The translations under genes were made by a program, and so were the position numbers. This document shows positions 16,583 through 26,437 of a DNA stretch of 64,000 nt, piece after piece. This stretch comes from Thermoanaerobaculia bacterium (GTDB taxonomy: Bacteria > Acidobacteriota > Thermoanaerobaculia > Multivoradales > JAGPDF01). How positions within the stretch are numbered: position 1 is the first letter of the stretch; each line of letters starts with the position of its first letter. Below the pieces are notes generated by a model. That model made no database searches, was not told the DNA's origin, and worked only from the letters and a program-made list of their open reading frames with translations. Location of the stretch: the NCBI GenBank assembly GCA_048500095.1, contig JASNYQ010000002.1, forward strand, positions 653,532-717,531, in the 5' to 3' direction.

Positions 16583-19500
16583 ATGCCCCTCGTGGAACCC
16601 CCCTCTCCCCTGCCGCTCGGCACCCCCCGCGAGCTCCACGTCTCCCGCCCCGCCCGCGACCGCTACCGGTTCGACGAGGACCTCTTCGGCTTCACGGGCC
16701 GGGCGCTCGTGGCCCACTTCACGGCCGCCCGCCGCTTCGCCGCGGCGATCAACGCCGGCCGGGAGGCATCCCGCCACCCGGAGCGGGCGGTCTCGGTGGG
16801 GGAGATCGCCGCCGTCGGCCTCGTCGACGAGATCAACCACATCCTCCTGCGGCGCTTCCGGGAGCGGACCGATCCCCGCCTGCTCGGCAAGGCGCTCGCC
16901 CTCTTCGCCGAGCGCCTGGGGCCCGAGGCGGTGGCGCGCACCCTCGGGGGGTTCTGCCACGAGTTCCCGCCGGTCGCGGTCTACCGGCGCGAACAGGAGC
17001 CGGGGGAGTGGCTGGCCGGCGAGACGGGCGGCGAGCCCCACCGGGAGGCGGCGCTCGAGGAGCTGGTCCTCCTCTGGCTCAACAACCTGAACCCGGCCTT
17101 CGCCCGCCACCGCGAGCTCTTCGACGACACGCCGCTCGCCGCCGCGACGCCCTATCCGCAGGTCGTGGGCTCGCTCCGCGAGGCGTTCGGCCGCCACCGC
17201 GTCCCCGACGATCTCGCCGGGCCGGACGCCGAGGAGCACATCCTCGACCTGCTGCGCGCCCCGGCGCTCGCCGCCCCCCATTCGGCCGAGGCTCAGCTGC
17301 GGCTCCTCCTCGCCCGCTTCGGAGAGATCATCGGCCGCTCGCTCGCGCTCGAGCTCCTCACCGCGCTCGACGTGCTGAAGGAGGAGGGGCGGGCCTTCCT
17401 CCCCGCCGCGGGCGGCTTCGGCGGAGCTCCGGAGCTCACCGCCGCCGAGCTCCCCCTGCCCGAGCTCGGCGGGCTGGCCGCCGAGCCCGAGGCGTTCACT
17501 CCCGACCGCGAGTGGATGCCGCGGCTGGTGCTGCTCGCCAAGAACGTCTTCGTCTGGCTCGACCAGCTCTCGCGGCGCCACGGTCGCCCGATCTCGACCC
17601 TCGCCGAGGTGCCCGACGCCGAGCTCGACGAGCTCGCCCGCCGCGGCGTCACCGGGCTCTGGCTGATCGGCCTCTGGGAGCGCAGCCGCGCCTCGCGGCG
17701 CATCAAGCAGATGATGGGCAACCCCGAGGCGGTGGCCTCGGCCTACTCGCTCTTCGACTACGTGATCGCCGGCGAGCTCGGCGGCGAGGCGGCGCTCGCC
17801 GACCTCTCCGCGCGCGCCGCCCGCCGCGGCATCCGCCTCGCCAGCGACATGGTGCCGAACCACGTCGGCATCGACGGCCGCTGGGTGCTCGAGCACCCGG
17901 AGTGGTTCGTGCAGCTCCCCTATCCGCCCTTCCCCTCCTACTCCTTCGACGGCCCGGACCTCTCGCCCGACCCGGGGGTGGGCATCCACCTCGAGGACCA
18001 CTACTACACGCGCAGCGACGCCGCCGTCGTCTTCCGCCGCACCGACCGGCGCACCGGCGAGGTCCGCTACCTCTACCACGGCAACGACGGCACCCACATG
18101 CCGTGGAACGACACCGCCCAGCTCGACTACCTGCGCGAGGACGTCCGCGAGGCGGCGATGCAGACCATCCTGCGCGTGGCGCGGCAGTTCCCGATCGTCC
18201 GCTTCGACGCCGCGATGACGCTGGCCAAGCGCCACTTCCAGCGGCTCTGGTACCCGGAGCCGGGCACCGGCGGCGACATCCCCTCCCGCGCCGGCCGCGG
18301 CCTCACGCGCGCCGACTTCGACGCCCGGATGCCGCAGGAGTTCTGGCGCGAGGTGGTGGACCGCTGCGCCGCCGAGACGCCGGACACGCTCCTGCTCGCC
18401 GAGGCCTTCTGGCTCATGGAGGGCTACTTCGTCCGCACGCTCGGCATGCACCGGGTCTACAACAGCGCCTTCATGGTCTGCCTGCGCGACGAGGAGAACG
18501 CGAAGTACCGGCGGATCCTCAAGGACACGCTCGAGTTCGACCCGGAGATCCTCTACCGGTTCGTGAACTTCGCGAGCAACCCGGACGAACGCACCGCGGT
18601 CGACCAGTTCGGCAAGGGGGACAAGTACTTCGGCGTCGCGACGCTGATGGCGACGCTGCCCGGCTTGCCGATGTTCGGGCACGGCCAGGTCGAGGGGTTC
18701 GCCGAACGCTACGGGATGGAGTACCGCCGCGCCTACCACGACGAGGAGCCCGACCCCTGGCTGCTCGCCCGGCACGAGCGGGAGGTCTTCCCGCTCCTCC
18801 ACCGCCGGGCTCTCTTCTCCGGCGTCGAGTGGTTCTGCCTCTACGACCTGGAGGGCGACGACGGCGGGGTGCGCGAAGACGTCTACGCCCTCTCCAACCG
18901 CCGCGGCGCCGAGCGCGTCCTGGTGCTCTTCAACAACGGCCCGCACGGACAGCGCGGGCGCCTCCGCACCGCAGCGCCGGCGGCCGAGAAGCTCCCGGAC
19001 GGCACGAAGCGGCTGCGCCACCGGAGCCTCGCCGAGGGCCTCGGCCTCGACGGGGGCTCGGACCGGGTCCTCGCCTGGCGCGAGCCCGGAAGCGGCCTCG
19101 AGCACCTCCGCCCGGCGGCCGAGGTCGCGGCGCGCGGCTTCGAGATCGAGCTCGCCCCGTACCAGACGCGGGTGCTCCTCGACCTGCGCGAGCTCGCCGA
19201 CCCCGACGGCCGCCTCCACGCGCTCGCCGCCGAGCTCGGCGGGAGCGGCGTGCCGAGCCTCCGGGAGGCCCTGCTCGACGTCGCCCTCCGCCCGCTCCAC
19301 GCGCCGTTCGCCGCTCTCCTCGCGCCCGACCTCGCCGCCGCCCTCCTCGCCCCCGCCGCGAGTCCGGAGGACGAGCTCTGGTGGACTGCCACCGCGCTCG
19401 GCCCGGCGGCCACCGAGGAGCCCTCCGAAGCTCGGAAGGACGAGACTCCGGGTGAGGGAAGGGGAGGGCCTGCTGCTGCGGCAGTGGAGGACGGAATCGC

Positions 19501-20503
19501 CCGATCCACGGAGGAAGAGACCCCGGATGAGGGAGAGCGGGAACCGGTCGGCGCGGCTTCGGTTGCCCGACTCGCCGATCCGGCGGCGCTCGCCGCGGCC
19601 GCCGCGACGACCCCACCGCCCCCCCACCCGGAAGTCCCTGTTCGTGCTCCCGCTCCGGCCGCAGGGGGCGGGGCCGGCGGACGGCGGGAGCCCCCCGGCA
19701 CCCCGCCCGTCGAGCCGCTCCCCCAGCCGGCAGTCTCCGGCGCCGCTCCGGCATCGACCGCCGCCCCGCCGCCGGAGCCGGCGCGGCGGCTCGGCGAGCG
19801 GCTCGAGACGTTCCTCGCGGCCGCCGCCGGGGAGGCCGGGATCCCCCTGGAAGAGCGCCGCGCCGCGGCGGTGATCGCCCGCGTCCTCGGCGACGCCGCC
19901 CGCTGGCGGGCGCTCGTCGCCGGAGCGAAGGCGGAGGCCGAGGGCGAGACGGGAGCCGCCTCGCCTCTTCTCGCGGCGCTCGGTCCCGGGGAGCGGGAGA
20001 GCGCCGTCCTCGCGTGGGTCCTGGTGCGTTCGCTCGGCCTGCTGCGCCGGGCGGGCGGGGCCGGCGAGCGCACGGCGGCCTGGTTCGACGCTTGGCGGCT
20101 CGGCCGGATCGTGGAGCGGGCGCTCGTCGCCGCAGGACTTCCGGCGCCACGCGCCGCGGCCTCGGCCCGGGCGATCCCGCTCCTGCTCGCGCTCGACGAG
20201 CCCGGTCGCCGCGCCGCCGCCGCCGCGGTCCCCGCGCTCTTCGCCGACGCCGCGGCCTGCGCGCCGGGCCGGGCGCTGCTCGGCATCCACGCCTTCGACG
20301 GGGTGGTCTGGCTGCGCCGCGAGGGGATCGAGGAGCTCGGCCACTGGCTCGTCCTCGCCGCGGCGCTGGACGGGGAGGGCCCCGGCGCCGGCGAGGTCGC
20401 CGCCGCGGGCGGCCGCGTGCTGGCCGCCCGCGCGGCGCGCGCCGGCTACCGCCTCGAGCCGCTCCTCGCCGCCCTCGCCGGCGAGCTCGCCGGCCCGGCC
20501 TGA
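16583..20503 (+). CDS. Large alpha-amylase family (GH13) glycoside hydrolase with N-terminal unknown domain and C-terminal Pro/Ala-rich low-complexity tail
   Basis: GH13 regions I DMVPNHVG, II IVRFDAAMTLAKR (Asp nucleophile), III LLLAEAFW (Glu), and a region IV variant FVNFASNPDE. 1306 aa. Confidence 0.8.
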   Translation: MPLVEPPSPLPLGTPRELHVSRPARDRYRFDEDLFGFTGRALVAHFTAARRFAAAINAGREASRHPERAVSVGEIAAVGLVDEINHILLRRFRERTDPRLLGKALALFAERLGPEAVARTLGGFCHEFPPVAVYRREQEPGEWLAGETGGEPHREAALEELVLLWLNNLNPAFARHRELFDDTPLAAATPYPQVVGSLREAFGRHRVPDDLAGPDAEEHILDLLRAPALAAPHSAEAQLRLLLARFGEIIGRSLALELLTALDVLKEEGRAFLPAAGGFGGAPELTAAELPLPELGGLAAEPEAFTPDREWMPRLVLLAKNVFVWLDQLSRRHGRPISTLAEVPDAELDELARRGVTGLWLIGLWERSRASRRIKQMMGNPEAVASAYSLFDYVIAGELGGEAALADLSARAARRGIRLASDMVPNHVGIDGRWVLEHPEWFVQLPYPPFPSYSFDGPDLSPDPGVGIHLEDHYYTRSDAAVVFRRTDRRTGEVRYLYHGNDGTHMPWNDTAQLDYLREDVREAAMQTILRVARQFPIVRFDAAMTLAKRHFQRLWYPEPGTGGDIPSRAGRGLTRADFDARMPQEFWREVVDRCAAETPDTLLLAEAFWLMEGYFVRTLGMHRVYNSAFMVCLRDEENAKYRRILKDTLEFDPEILYRFVNFASNPDERTAVDQFGKGDKYFGVATLMATLPGLPMFGHGQVEGFAERYGMEYRRAYHDEEPDPWLLARHEREVFPLLHRRALFSGVEWFCLYDLEGDDGGVREDVYALSNRRGAERVLVLFNNGPHGQRGRLRTAAPAAEKLPDGTKRLRHRSLAEGLGLDGGSDRVLAWREPGSGLEHLRPAAEVAARGFEIELAPYQTRVLLDLRELADPDGRLHALAAELGGSGVPSLREALLDVALRPLHAPFAALLAPDLAAALLAPAASPEDELWWTATALGPAATEEPSEARKDETPGEGRGGPAAAAVEDGIARSTEEETPDEGEREPVGAASVARLADPAALAAAAATTPPPPHPEVPVRAPAPAAGGGAGGRREPPGTPPVEPLPQPAVSGAAPASTAAPPPEPARRLGERLETFLAAAAGEAGIPLEERRAAAVIARVLGDAARWRALVAGAKAEAEGETGAASPLLAALGPGERESAVLAWVLVRSLGLLRRAGGAGERTAAWFDAWRLGRIVERALVAAGLPAPRAAASARAIPLLLALDEPGRRAAAAAVPALFADAAACAPGRALLGIHAFDGVVWLRREGIEELGHWLVLAAALDGEGPGAGEVAAAGGRVLAARAARAGYRLEPLLAALAGELAGPA

Positions 20504-20589
20504 GCCGGCGGCCCGGGCCTCTGGCCAGGGCCACCAGGCGTGCTAGCATTGTGGAGCTTTCCACTCACTTGACCTGCCCAGGAGGTCCC

Positions 20590-21591
20590 ATGCACCGCAA
20601 GCTCGCCCTGCTCCTCGCCCTCGCCCTGCTCGCCGTCCCGGCCTTCGCCGCCACCAACGGCGCCCGCGGCGGCACGTTGGGCGGCCCCGCCCCGGGGCCG
20701 GAACCGGAGGCCCTCACCCAGGGCTTCGACGACATCACGACCCTGCCCGGCGCCGGCTGGTTCTTCCAGAACAACTCCGCGCCCCTCGGCCTCACCGACT
20801 GGTTCCAGGGCAACGACACCGTCTTCCCGGCCCACGCCGGTGCTGCGACCGCTTACATCGGCGCGAACTTCAACAACACCGCCGGCGTGGGCTCGATCAG
20901 CAACTGGATGCTCACGCCGGAGATGCCGCTGGTCGACGGCGATTCGATTTCCTTCTGGACGCGCACGACCACCGGAAGCATCTATCCCGATCGTCTCGAG
21001 CTGCGGCTCAGCACGAGCGGGTCGAGCACGAACGTGGGCACGCTCGCCACCGACGTCGGCGCCTTCACGACGCTGCTGCTGTCGGTGAACCCGACGCTGG
21101 TGCAGGGCGGCTACCCCGAGGTCTGGACCCAGTACACGGCCACCCTCACCGGAATCCCCGCCGGCGCCACCGGCCGCTATGGGTTCCGCTATTTCGTGAC
21201 GAACGGCGGCCCCTCGGGGAGCAACTCGAACTACATCGGCATCGACACGCTCGCGATCACCGACGCCCCCTGTTCGCTCACCTGCCCGGACGACATCACG
21301 GTCACCGCCACCGGCTCTTCGGCGATCGTCAACTATCCGGATCCGATCTTCACCCCCAGCTGCGGGCTCGTGACCTGCACTCCTCCGTCGGGGAGCTTCC
21401 CGATCGGCACCACGACCGTGACCTGCAACGCCGGCACGGCCGCCAGCTGCACGTTCGACGTCATCGTCGAGGGTTCGGCCGTCTCCGTGCTCGAGATCCC
21501 GACGCTCGACGCGGTCGGGCTCTCCCTTCTCGCCCTGATGCTCGCGGCCGGCGCTTTCCTGCTCATGCGGCGCCGCAGCACCAAGGCCTGA
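20590..21591 (+). CDS. Choice-of-anchor J domain protein with HYR-like Cys-rich module and IPTL-CTERM sorting signal
   Basis: Signal peptide. N-terminal QGFDDITTLPGAGWFF...TDWFQGND is choice-of-anchor J. C-terminal EIPTLDAVGLSLLALMLAAGAFLLMRRR is the IPTL-CTERM motif + TM + Arg cluster. RBS AGGAGG 8 nt upstream. Confidence 0.7.
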   Translation: MHRKLALLLALALLAVPAFAATNGARGGTLGGPAPGPEPEALTQGFDDITTLPGAGWFFQNNSAPLGLTDWFQGNDTVFPAHAGAATAYIGANFNNTAGVGSISNWMLTPEMPLVDGDSISFWTRTTTGSIYPDRLELRLSTSGSSTNVGTLATDVGAFTTLLLSVNPTLVQGGYPEVWTQYTATLTGIPAGATGRYGFRYFVTNGGPSGSNSNYIGIDTLAITDAPCSLTCPDDITVTATGSSAIVNYPDPIFTPSCGLVTCTPPSGSFPIGTTTVTCNAGTAASCTFDVIVEGSAVSVLEIPTLDAVGLSLLALMLAAGAFLLMRRRSTKA

Positions 21592-21618
21592 GCCGCCGAG
21601 CTTCTCGGAGAGTGATCG

Positions 21619-21642
21619 AGGGCCCCGGGCGACCGGGGCCCT
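21619..21642 (+). terminator. Intrinsic terminator-like hairpin after IPTL-CTERM gene
   Basis: agggccccgg-GCGA-ccggggccct followed by tcgctttcc. Confidence 0.55.
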
Positions 21643-21663
21643 TCGCTTTCCGGGAGGGAACCC

Positions 21664-23088
21664 TCAGGAGGGGGAGTGGCGCGCGCGCCCCGCCGCCACC
21701 GCCTCCTCGCGCGAGCGCCGCTCCTCTTCCCCGAGCGCCCACTTGCGCACCGAGACGGTCGCCTTCATCTTCTCGATCACCTCGAGGGCCACCTCGCGCA
21801 CGAGCGGCTCCAGCGTCCCGACGCTGTCGTCGGAGAGCACCCGTGCGACGACCGCCTCGGCGAGCTCGCCGATCGCCCGCTCGCCCGCGGCCGTGCGCGG
21901 GGTGACGGCGAGCGACTCGATCGTCGCCTCGACCACGATGCCACCGATCGAGCGGGCCAGGGGGCGAACCACCATCCCGGGCAGCGGCACGTCGTCGAGC
22001 GCGCGCGAGCGCTCGACCGCGTGGTCGAGGTTCAGCTCGAGCAGCCGGCGCAGCCCGGCCAGCAGCTCCGGGTCGCCGAGCAGCGCCCCGACCTGGCGCG
22101 CCAGCATCGCCTCGATGGCCGCGCGCCGGCCGGCCACGACCTCGCCGGCGATCCGGCGGTGGGTGCCGGCGAGGATCTCCTCCTCCAGCTCGTCGAGGAG
22201 GATCATCGCCACCCGGTCGGAGACCTCCTCGGCCACGATCGCCCCGATCGTGCCGGCGGCGCGGCTGAAGAGGTCGCGCCCGACGCTGGAGAGCTCGCTC
22301 CGGCGCAGGCGCATGTAGATCGAGACCGCCCGCAGCGGCCGGAAGAGCCGGAAGTAGGCGGTGGGGAGCAGGCCGATCACGTCGTACCAGTGGAAGAGGG
22401 GGTAGAACCACCAGCGCGCGTAGCGCCGCCGCCGCACCGCCCCGCGCCAGCGCCAGGCGAACTCGCCGAGGAAGAGGAGGAGGAACGGCAGGTCGATCTT
22501 CCAGAAGTGGTCCTCGAGCTTCCCCGTGCGGTCGTATTCGCGGAAGTAGTTCGGCGCGAGCAGCGGTCGGATCTCCCGCTCGAAGAGCCCGAGGCGGTGG
22601 CGCAGCAGCCCCCGCTCCGCCGGCCAGAGCGCCGCCGCAGCAGCCGAGGCGCGCACCGGGTCCGCGAGATCGAGGGTCGCCATCTCCAGCTCCGCCGCCA
22701 CCCGCCGGCGGACCGCCTCGAAGCTCCGCCCCTGGCCGGAGCGCTCGAACGGGTTCTCGACCAGCAGCCGCGCGGTGAGCGCGCGCAGCGTCTCGAGCCG
22801 CGCCTCGCTCGGCTCCTGCGGCGGGGCGAGGGCCAGCGCCTGCCGCACCGCCTGCTCCTCGGCCAGCAGGGCGGCGGTGAGCGGGTGCGGCTCGATCCCC
22901 TTCACGGGATCGTAGAGCCGCACCAGCGGCGGCAGGACCTTCTGGTAGGTCGGCCGCAGCAGCAGGTAGGTCAGGTCGAACAGGATCAACCCGAGGTTGA
23001 TCAGCGCCACCCAGACCATGAAGGCGTCCCAGAGCAGCTCGCGGCCGAGCTTGCCGGTGGGCCGCACCTTCGCCAGAAGCTCCCTCAC
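21664..23088 (-). CDS. Hypothetical membrane protein with S4-like Arg-periodic helix
   Basis: Three predicted TM segments. One is [18 protein letters not shown], with Arg at every 3rd position as in voltage-sensor S4 helices. C-terminal ~250 aa is a soluble Ala/Leu/Arg-rich domain. Confidence 0.5.
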   Translation of the reverse strand: MRELLAKVRPTGKLGRELLWDAFMVWVALINLGLILFDLTYLLLRPTYQKVLPPLVRLYDPVKGIEPHPLTAALLAEEQAVRQALALAPPQEPSEARLETLRALTARLLVENPFERSGQGRSFEAVRRRVAAELEMATLDLADPVRASAAAAALWPAERGLLRHRLGLFEREIRPLLAPNYFREYDRTGKLEDHFWKIDLPFLLLFLGEFAWRWRGAVRRRRYARWWFYPLFHWYDVIGLLPTAYFRLFRPLRAVSIYMRLRRSELSSVGRDLFSRAAGTIGAIVAEEVSDRVAMILLDELEEEILAGTHRRIAGEVVAGRRAAIEAMLARQVGALLGDPELLAGLRRLLELNLDHAVERSRALDDVPLPGMVVRPLARSIGGIVVEATIESLAVTPRTAAGERAIGELAEAVVARVLSDDSVGTLEPLVREVALEVIEKMKATVSVRKWALGEEERRSREEAVAAGRARHSPS

Positions 23089-23214
23089 GCGCGCGCCTCC
23101 TCCACCCCGCGGATCCTACCCGCGGGGGCCGCCGGAAGAGGCGGCTGGCGGGTGATAGCCTCGGTCGGAATCGCCGCCCCCGCGTCGAAGCGGCGCGGTT
23201 CCCGGAGGCCAGCA

Positions 23215-24687
23215 CTGGACTCGACCCTCGTTCTCACGGTGCTCGGAGGCGCTCTGCTGCTCCTCGTGAGCGTGCTCGCCAGCCGCCTCTCCTCGCGGCT
23301 CGGGATTCCCGCGCTGCTCCTGTTCCTTCTCATCGGCATGCTCGCCGGCTCCGAGGGGCCGGGCGGAATCGCCTTCGACAACCCGCGCGTCGCGATGTTC
23401 ATCGGCTCGCTGGCGCTCGCCGTGATCCTCTTCGACGGGGGACTCCAGACCGACATCGGCCACCTCGGCAAGCCGCTGCTGCGCGGTGGCCTGCTGCTCT
23501 CGACGGCGGGGGTGATCGTGACCGCCGCGGTGGTGGCCGGGTTCTGCGTCCTCGCCCTCGACATGCGGCCGGTCGAGGGGCTCCTGATCGGCGCGGTGCT
23601 CTCTTCGACCGACGCCGCCGCGGTGTTCTCGGTGCTGCGCGCGCGCGGCGTGGGGCTCTCGCAGCGGCTCCGCACCCTCATCGAGCTCGAGTCCGCGAGC
23701 AACGACCCCACCGCCGTCTTCCTGACCGTCGCCGTCATCTCCGCCGCCCAGCTGGAGTTCGCCGGACCGGGCGCGCTCGTCCTCTCGTTCGTCGTGCGGA
23801 TGGGCGGCGGCCTCGCCATCGGCTGGCTCGCGGGCCGCGCGCTCGTCTGGCTGCTCAACGTGATCGACCTCGAGCACGACGGCCTCTACTCGGTCCTCAC
23901 GCTCGCCGCCGTCGGCACCACCTTCGGTCTCGCCGAGGCCGCGGGCACCAGCGGCTTCATGGCGGTCTACCTGGCCGGGCTCACGATGACGGGCCGGGTC
24001 TTCGTCCATCGCCGCAGCATCGTGCGCTTCCACGAAGGCATGGCGTGGCTGATGCAGGTGACGATGTTCCTGGTTCTCGGGCTCCTCGTCTTCCCCTCCC
24101 GGCTGGTGGCCGAGATCTGGCCCGCGTTTGCGGTCTCCGCAGTGCTCATCCTCGTGGCCCGCCCGCTCGCGGTCTTCCTCTCGCTCCTCCGCTCGGGCCT
24201 CGCCGCCCGGGAGCGGATCATGGTCTCCTGGGTCGGGCTCCGCGGCGCCGCGCCGATCATCCTCGCCACCTTCCCGATGGTCGCCGGCCTCGACGCTTCG
24301 GGCTCGATGTTCAACGTCGTCTTCGTCGCCGTCATCACCTCGGTGCTGCTGCAGGGTCCTTCGGTGAGCCTCGTGGCGCGCCGCCTCGGCATTGCCGAGC
24401 CCCGCCCCGAGTTCCCCCTGACGCCGATCGACGTCGACATCCCGCGCGACCCCGCGATCGCGGTCAAGCGGATCCCGGTGAGCGCGGGATCGGAGGCGGA
24501 CGGGAAGAAGCTGCTCGCCATCGGCGGCCCGGACCGACCGCTGGTGATCCTGATCCGCCGCCAAGGCCACCTCTTCCTCCCCACCGGCACCAGCCTCCTC
24601 GCGGCCGGAGACGAGCTGTTCGTGCTCGGCTCGGACGAGTCGATCCTCGCCATGAGGGCCCTCGCGGCGGGGCCCCCGGCCGGCTGA
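23215..24687 (+). CDS. nhaP2: K+/H+ antiporter, CPA1 family (NhaP2/CvrA-like) with C-terminal TrkA-C domain
   Basis: Na+/H+ exchanger blocks ([21 protein letters not shown]). C-terminal TrkA-C-like regulatory domain. No ATG at the N-terminus, so start is probably CTG at 23215 or GTG at 23239. Confidence 0.8.
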   Translation: MDSTLVLTVLGGALLLLVSVLASRLSSRLGIPALLLFLLIGMLAGSEGPGGIAFDNPRVAMFIGSLALAVILFDGGLQTDIGHLGKPLLRGGLLLSTAGVIVTAAVVAGFCVLALDMRPVEGLLIGAVLSSTDAAAVFSVLRARGVGLSQRLRTLIELESASNDPTAVFLTVAVISAAQLEFAGPGALVLSFVVRMGGGLAIGWLAGRALVWLLNVIDLEHDGLYSVLTLAAVGTTFGLAEAAGTSGFMAVYLAGLTMTGRVFVHRRSIVRFHEGMAWLMQVTMFLVLGLLVFPSRLVAEIWPAFAVSAVLILVARPLAVFLSLLRSGLAARERIMVSWVGLRGAAPIILATFPMVAGLDASGSMFNVVFVAVITSVLLQGPSVSLVARRLGIAEPRPEFPLTPIDVDIPRDPAIAVKRIPVSAGSEADGKKLLAIGGPDRPLVILIRRQGHLFLPTGTSLLAAGDELFVLGSDESILAMRALAAGPPAG

Positions 24688-24797
24688 CGCCACGCGAGCG
24701 GCCGCCCGGCGGCTGTTTCCGGTATTCTCTGCGGCCCGCCGCGCGCCCGGCCGCGGCGGGGCTCCGACCGAGCCGGGCGCCGACCGGGAGACCCACG

Positions 24798-26381
24798 ATG
24801 GCCGACGCCCCGCGCGACGCCGGCAGGAAGCCGGCCCCCCCGCAGCGCCCCCCCCGCCGCAGCCTGCTCGACCGCTCGCTCGCCGCGGTCGAGCGCATCG
24901 GCAATGCCCTGCCGCACCCGGGCAGCCTCTTCGCGCTGCTCGCCGGGCTGGTGGTGGTCGGCTCGGCCATCGCCGCCCAGTTCGACCTCGCGGTCGTCCA
25001 CCCGGGCACCGGGGAGACCGTGGCCCCGGTCAACCTGTTGACCGTCGCCGGCCTCCACCGGATGATCCTGCAGGCGGTCACCAACTTCACCAGCTTCGCC
25101 CCGCTCGGCACCGTGCTCGTGGCGATGATCGGCATCGGGGTGGCCGAGGGCTCGGGCCTGATCGGCGCCGGCCTGCGGCTGCTCGTCCTCTCCGCCCCGC
25201 GGCGGCTGCTCACCCCGATCGTCGTCTTCGCCGGGGTAATGTCGAACACCGCCGGCGAGGTCGGCTACGTCCTGCTCGTGCCGCTCGCCGCGCTCCTCTT
25301 CCGCGCCGCCGGCCGCCACCCGGTGGCCGGGCTCGCCGCCGCCTTCGCCGGGGTCTCGGGGGGATACAGCGCCAATCTCCTGCTCGGCACCATCGACCCG
25401 CTGCTCGCCGGCCTCACCCAGGAGGCGGCGCACATCGTGGACCCGGGCTACTCGGTCAACCCGGCCTGCAACTACTACTTCCTCGCGGTGTCGACGTTCC
25501 TGATCACCTTCCTCGGGACCTTCGTGACCGAGCGGGTCGTCGTGCCGCGCCTCGGGGCGTTCGGCGGCGGCGAGGCGGGGGCCGACGAGCGGATCGAGCC
25601 CCTCTCGGCCGCCGAGCGGCGCGGCCTCTGGATCGCCGGCGCCGTGCTGGCGCTCTTCGTCGCCGTGCTCCTCGCCGGCCTGCTGCCCGCCGGCGGCTTC
25701 CTGCGCGAGATCGGCACCGGCAGCCTCCTCCACTCGCCGCTGCTCAAGGGGATCGTCACCTTCATCTTCCTCGGCGGCGTCGTCGCCGGCATCGCCTACG
25801 GCGTCGGGGCGGGGACGATCCGCAACGACGCCGACGTGATGAAGGGGATGGGCAAGGCGCTGGAGACGATGGGCAGCTACCTCGTGCTCGTCTTCTTCGC
25901 CGCCCAGTTCGTCGCCTACTTCAACTGGTCGAACCTCGGCCTCATCCTCGCCGTCGACGGCGCCGAACTCCTGCAGCGCGCCGGCCTGCACGAGATTCCG
26001 CTCTTCTTCGCCTTCATCGCGCTCTCCGCGCTGCTCAACCTGGTCATGGGGAGCGCCTCGGCGAAGTGGGCGATCATGGCGCCCGTCTTCGTGCCGATGT
26101 TCATGCTCCTCGGCTACGCCCCCGAGCTCACCCAGGCCGCCTACCGCGTCGGCGACAGCGTGACCAACATCCTCTCGCCGATGATGACCTACTTCGCGCT
26201 GATCATCGCCTTCGTCCAGCGCTGGGACCCGAAGGCCGGCATGGGCACCCTGATCGCCACCATGCTCCCCTACTCGGTCGCCTTCTTCGTCGGGTGGGCG
26301 CTCCTCTTCTCGGCCTGGATCCTCCTCGACCTGCCGCTGGGGCCGGGGGCGGCGCTCCATCTGCCGGTCCCCGGCCGGTGA
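24798..26381 (+). CDS. AbgT family transporter (p-aminobenzoyl-glutamate transporter-like)
   Basis: 527 aa polytopic membrane protein with AbgT blocks ([40 protein letters not shown]). Confidence 0.85.
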   Translation: MADAPRDAGRKPAPPQRPPRRSLLDRSLAAVERIGNALPHPGSLFALLAGLVVVGSAIAAQFDLAVVHPGTGETVAPVNLLTVAGLHRMILQAVTNFTSFAPLGTVLVAMIGIGVAEGSGLIGAGLRLLVLSAPRRLLTPIVVFAGVMSNTAGEVGYVLLVPLAALLFRAAGRHPVAGLAAAFAGVSGGYSANLLLGTIDPLLAGLTQEAAHIVDPGYSVNPACNYYFLAVSTFLITFLGTFVTERVVVPRLGAFGGGEAGADERIEPLSAAERRGLWIAGAVLALFVAVLLAGLLPAGGFLREIGTGSLLHSPLLKGIVTFIFLGGVVAGIAYGVGAGTIRNDADVMKGMGKALETMGSYLVLVFFAAQFVAYFNWSNLGLILAVDGAELLQRAGLHEIPLFFAFIALSALLNLVMGSASAKWAIMAPVFVPMFMLLGYAPELTQAAYRVGDSVTNILSPMMTYFALIIAFVQRWDPKAGMGTLIATMLPYSVAFFVGWALLFSAWILLDLPLGPGAALHLPVPGR

Positions 26382-26437
26382 GCCGGGAGGCCGCCCGCCG
26401 CGGCACCGCCGCTTCCGCGGGATAAGCTCTTCCGCCC

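Noticed and set aside
14212-17090. 803-aa (minus) and 862-aa (plus) ORFs overlapping the OPT transporter gene
   Set aside because: Alternative frames of the OPT gene region. Only the 14367-16427 minus frame yields a polytopic membrane protein with OPT blocks.
16424-20344. 1306-aa minus-strand ORF antisense to the GH13 gene (also 17008-19455 + and 18930-20564 -)
   Set aside because: These are mirror-image artefacts of a 72% GC coding region. The + frame at 16583-20503 carries all the GH13 catalytic motifs, and the alternatives are RGRP-rich with no domain signal.
20504-20589. Possible sigma-54 promoter (TGGCAC-N5-TTGC) upstream of the IPTL-CTERM gene and in the protease tandem repeat
   Set aside because: TGGCAC-like hexamers occur, but the -12 TTGC element at the correct spacing is absent in both places. 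No sigma-54 call made.
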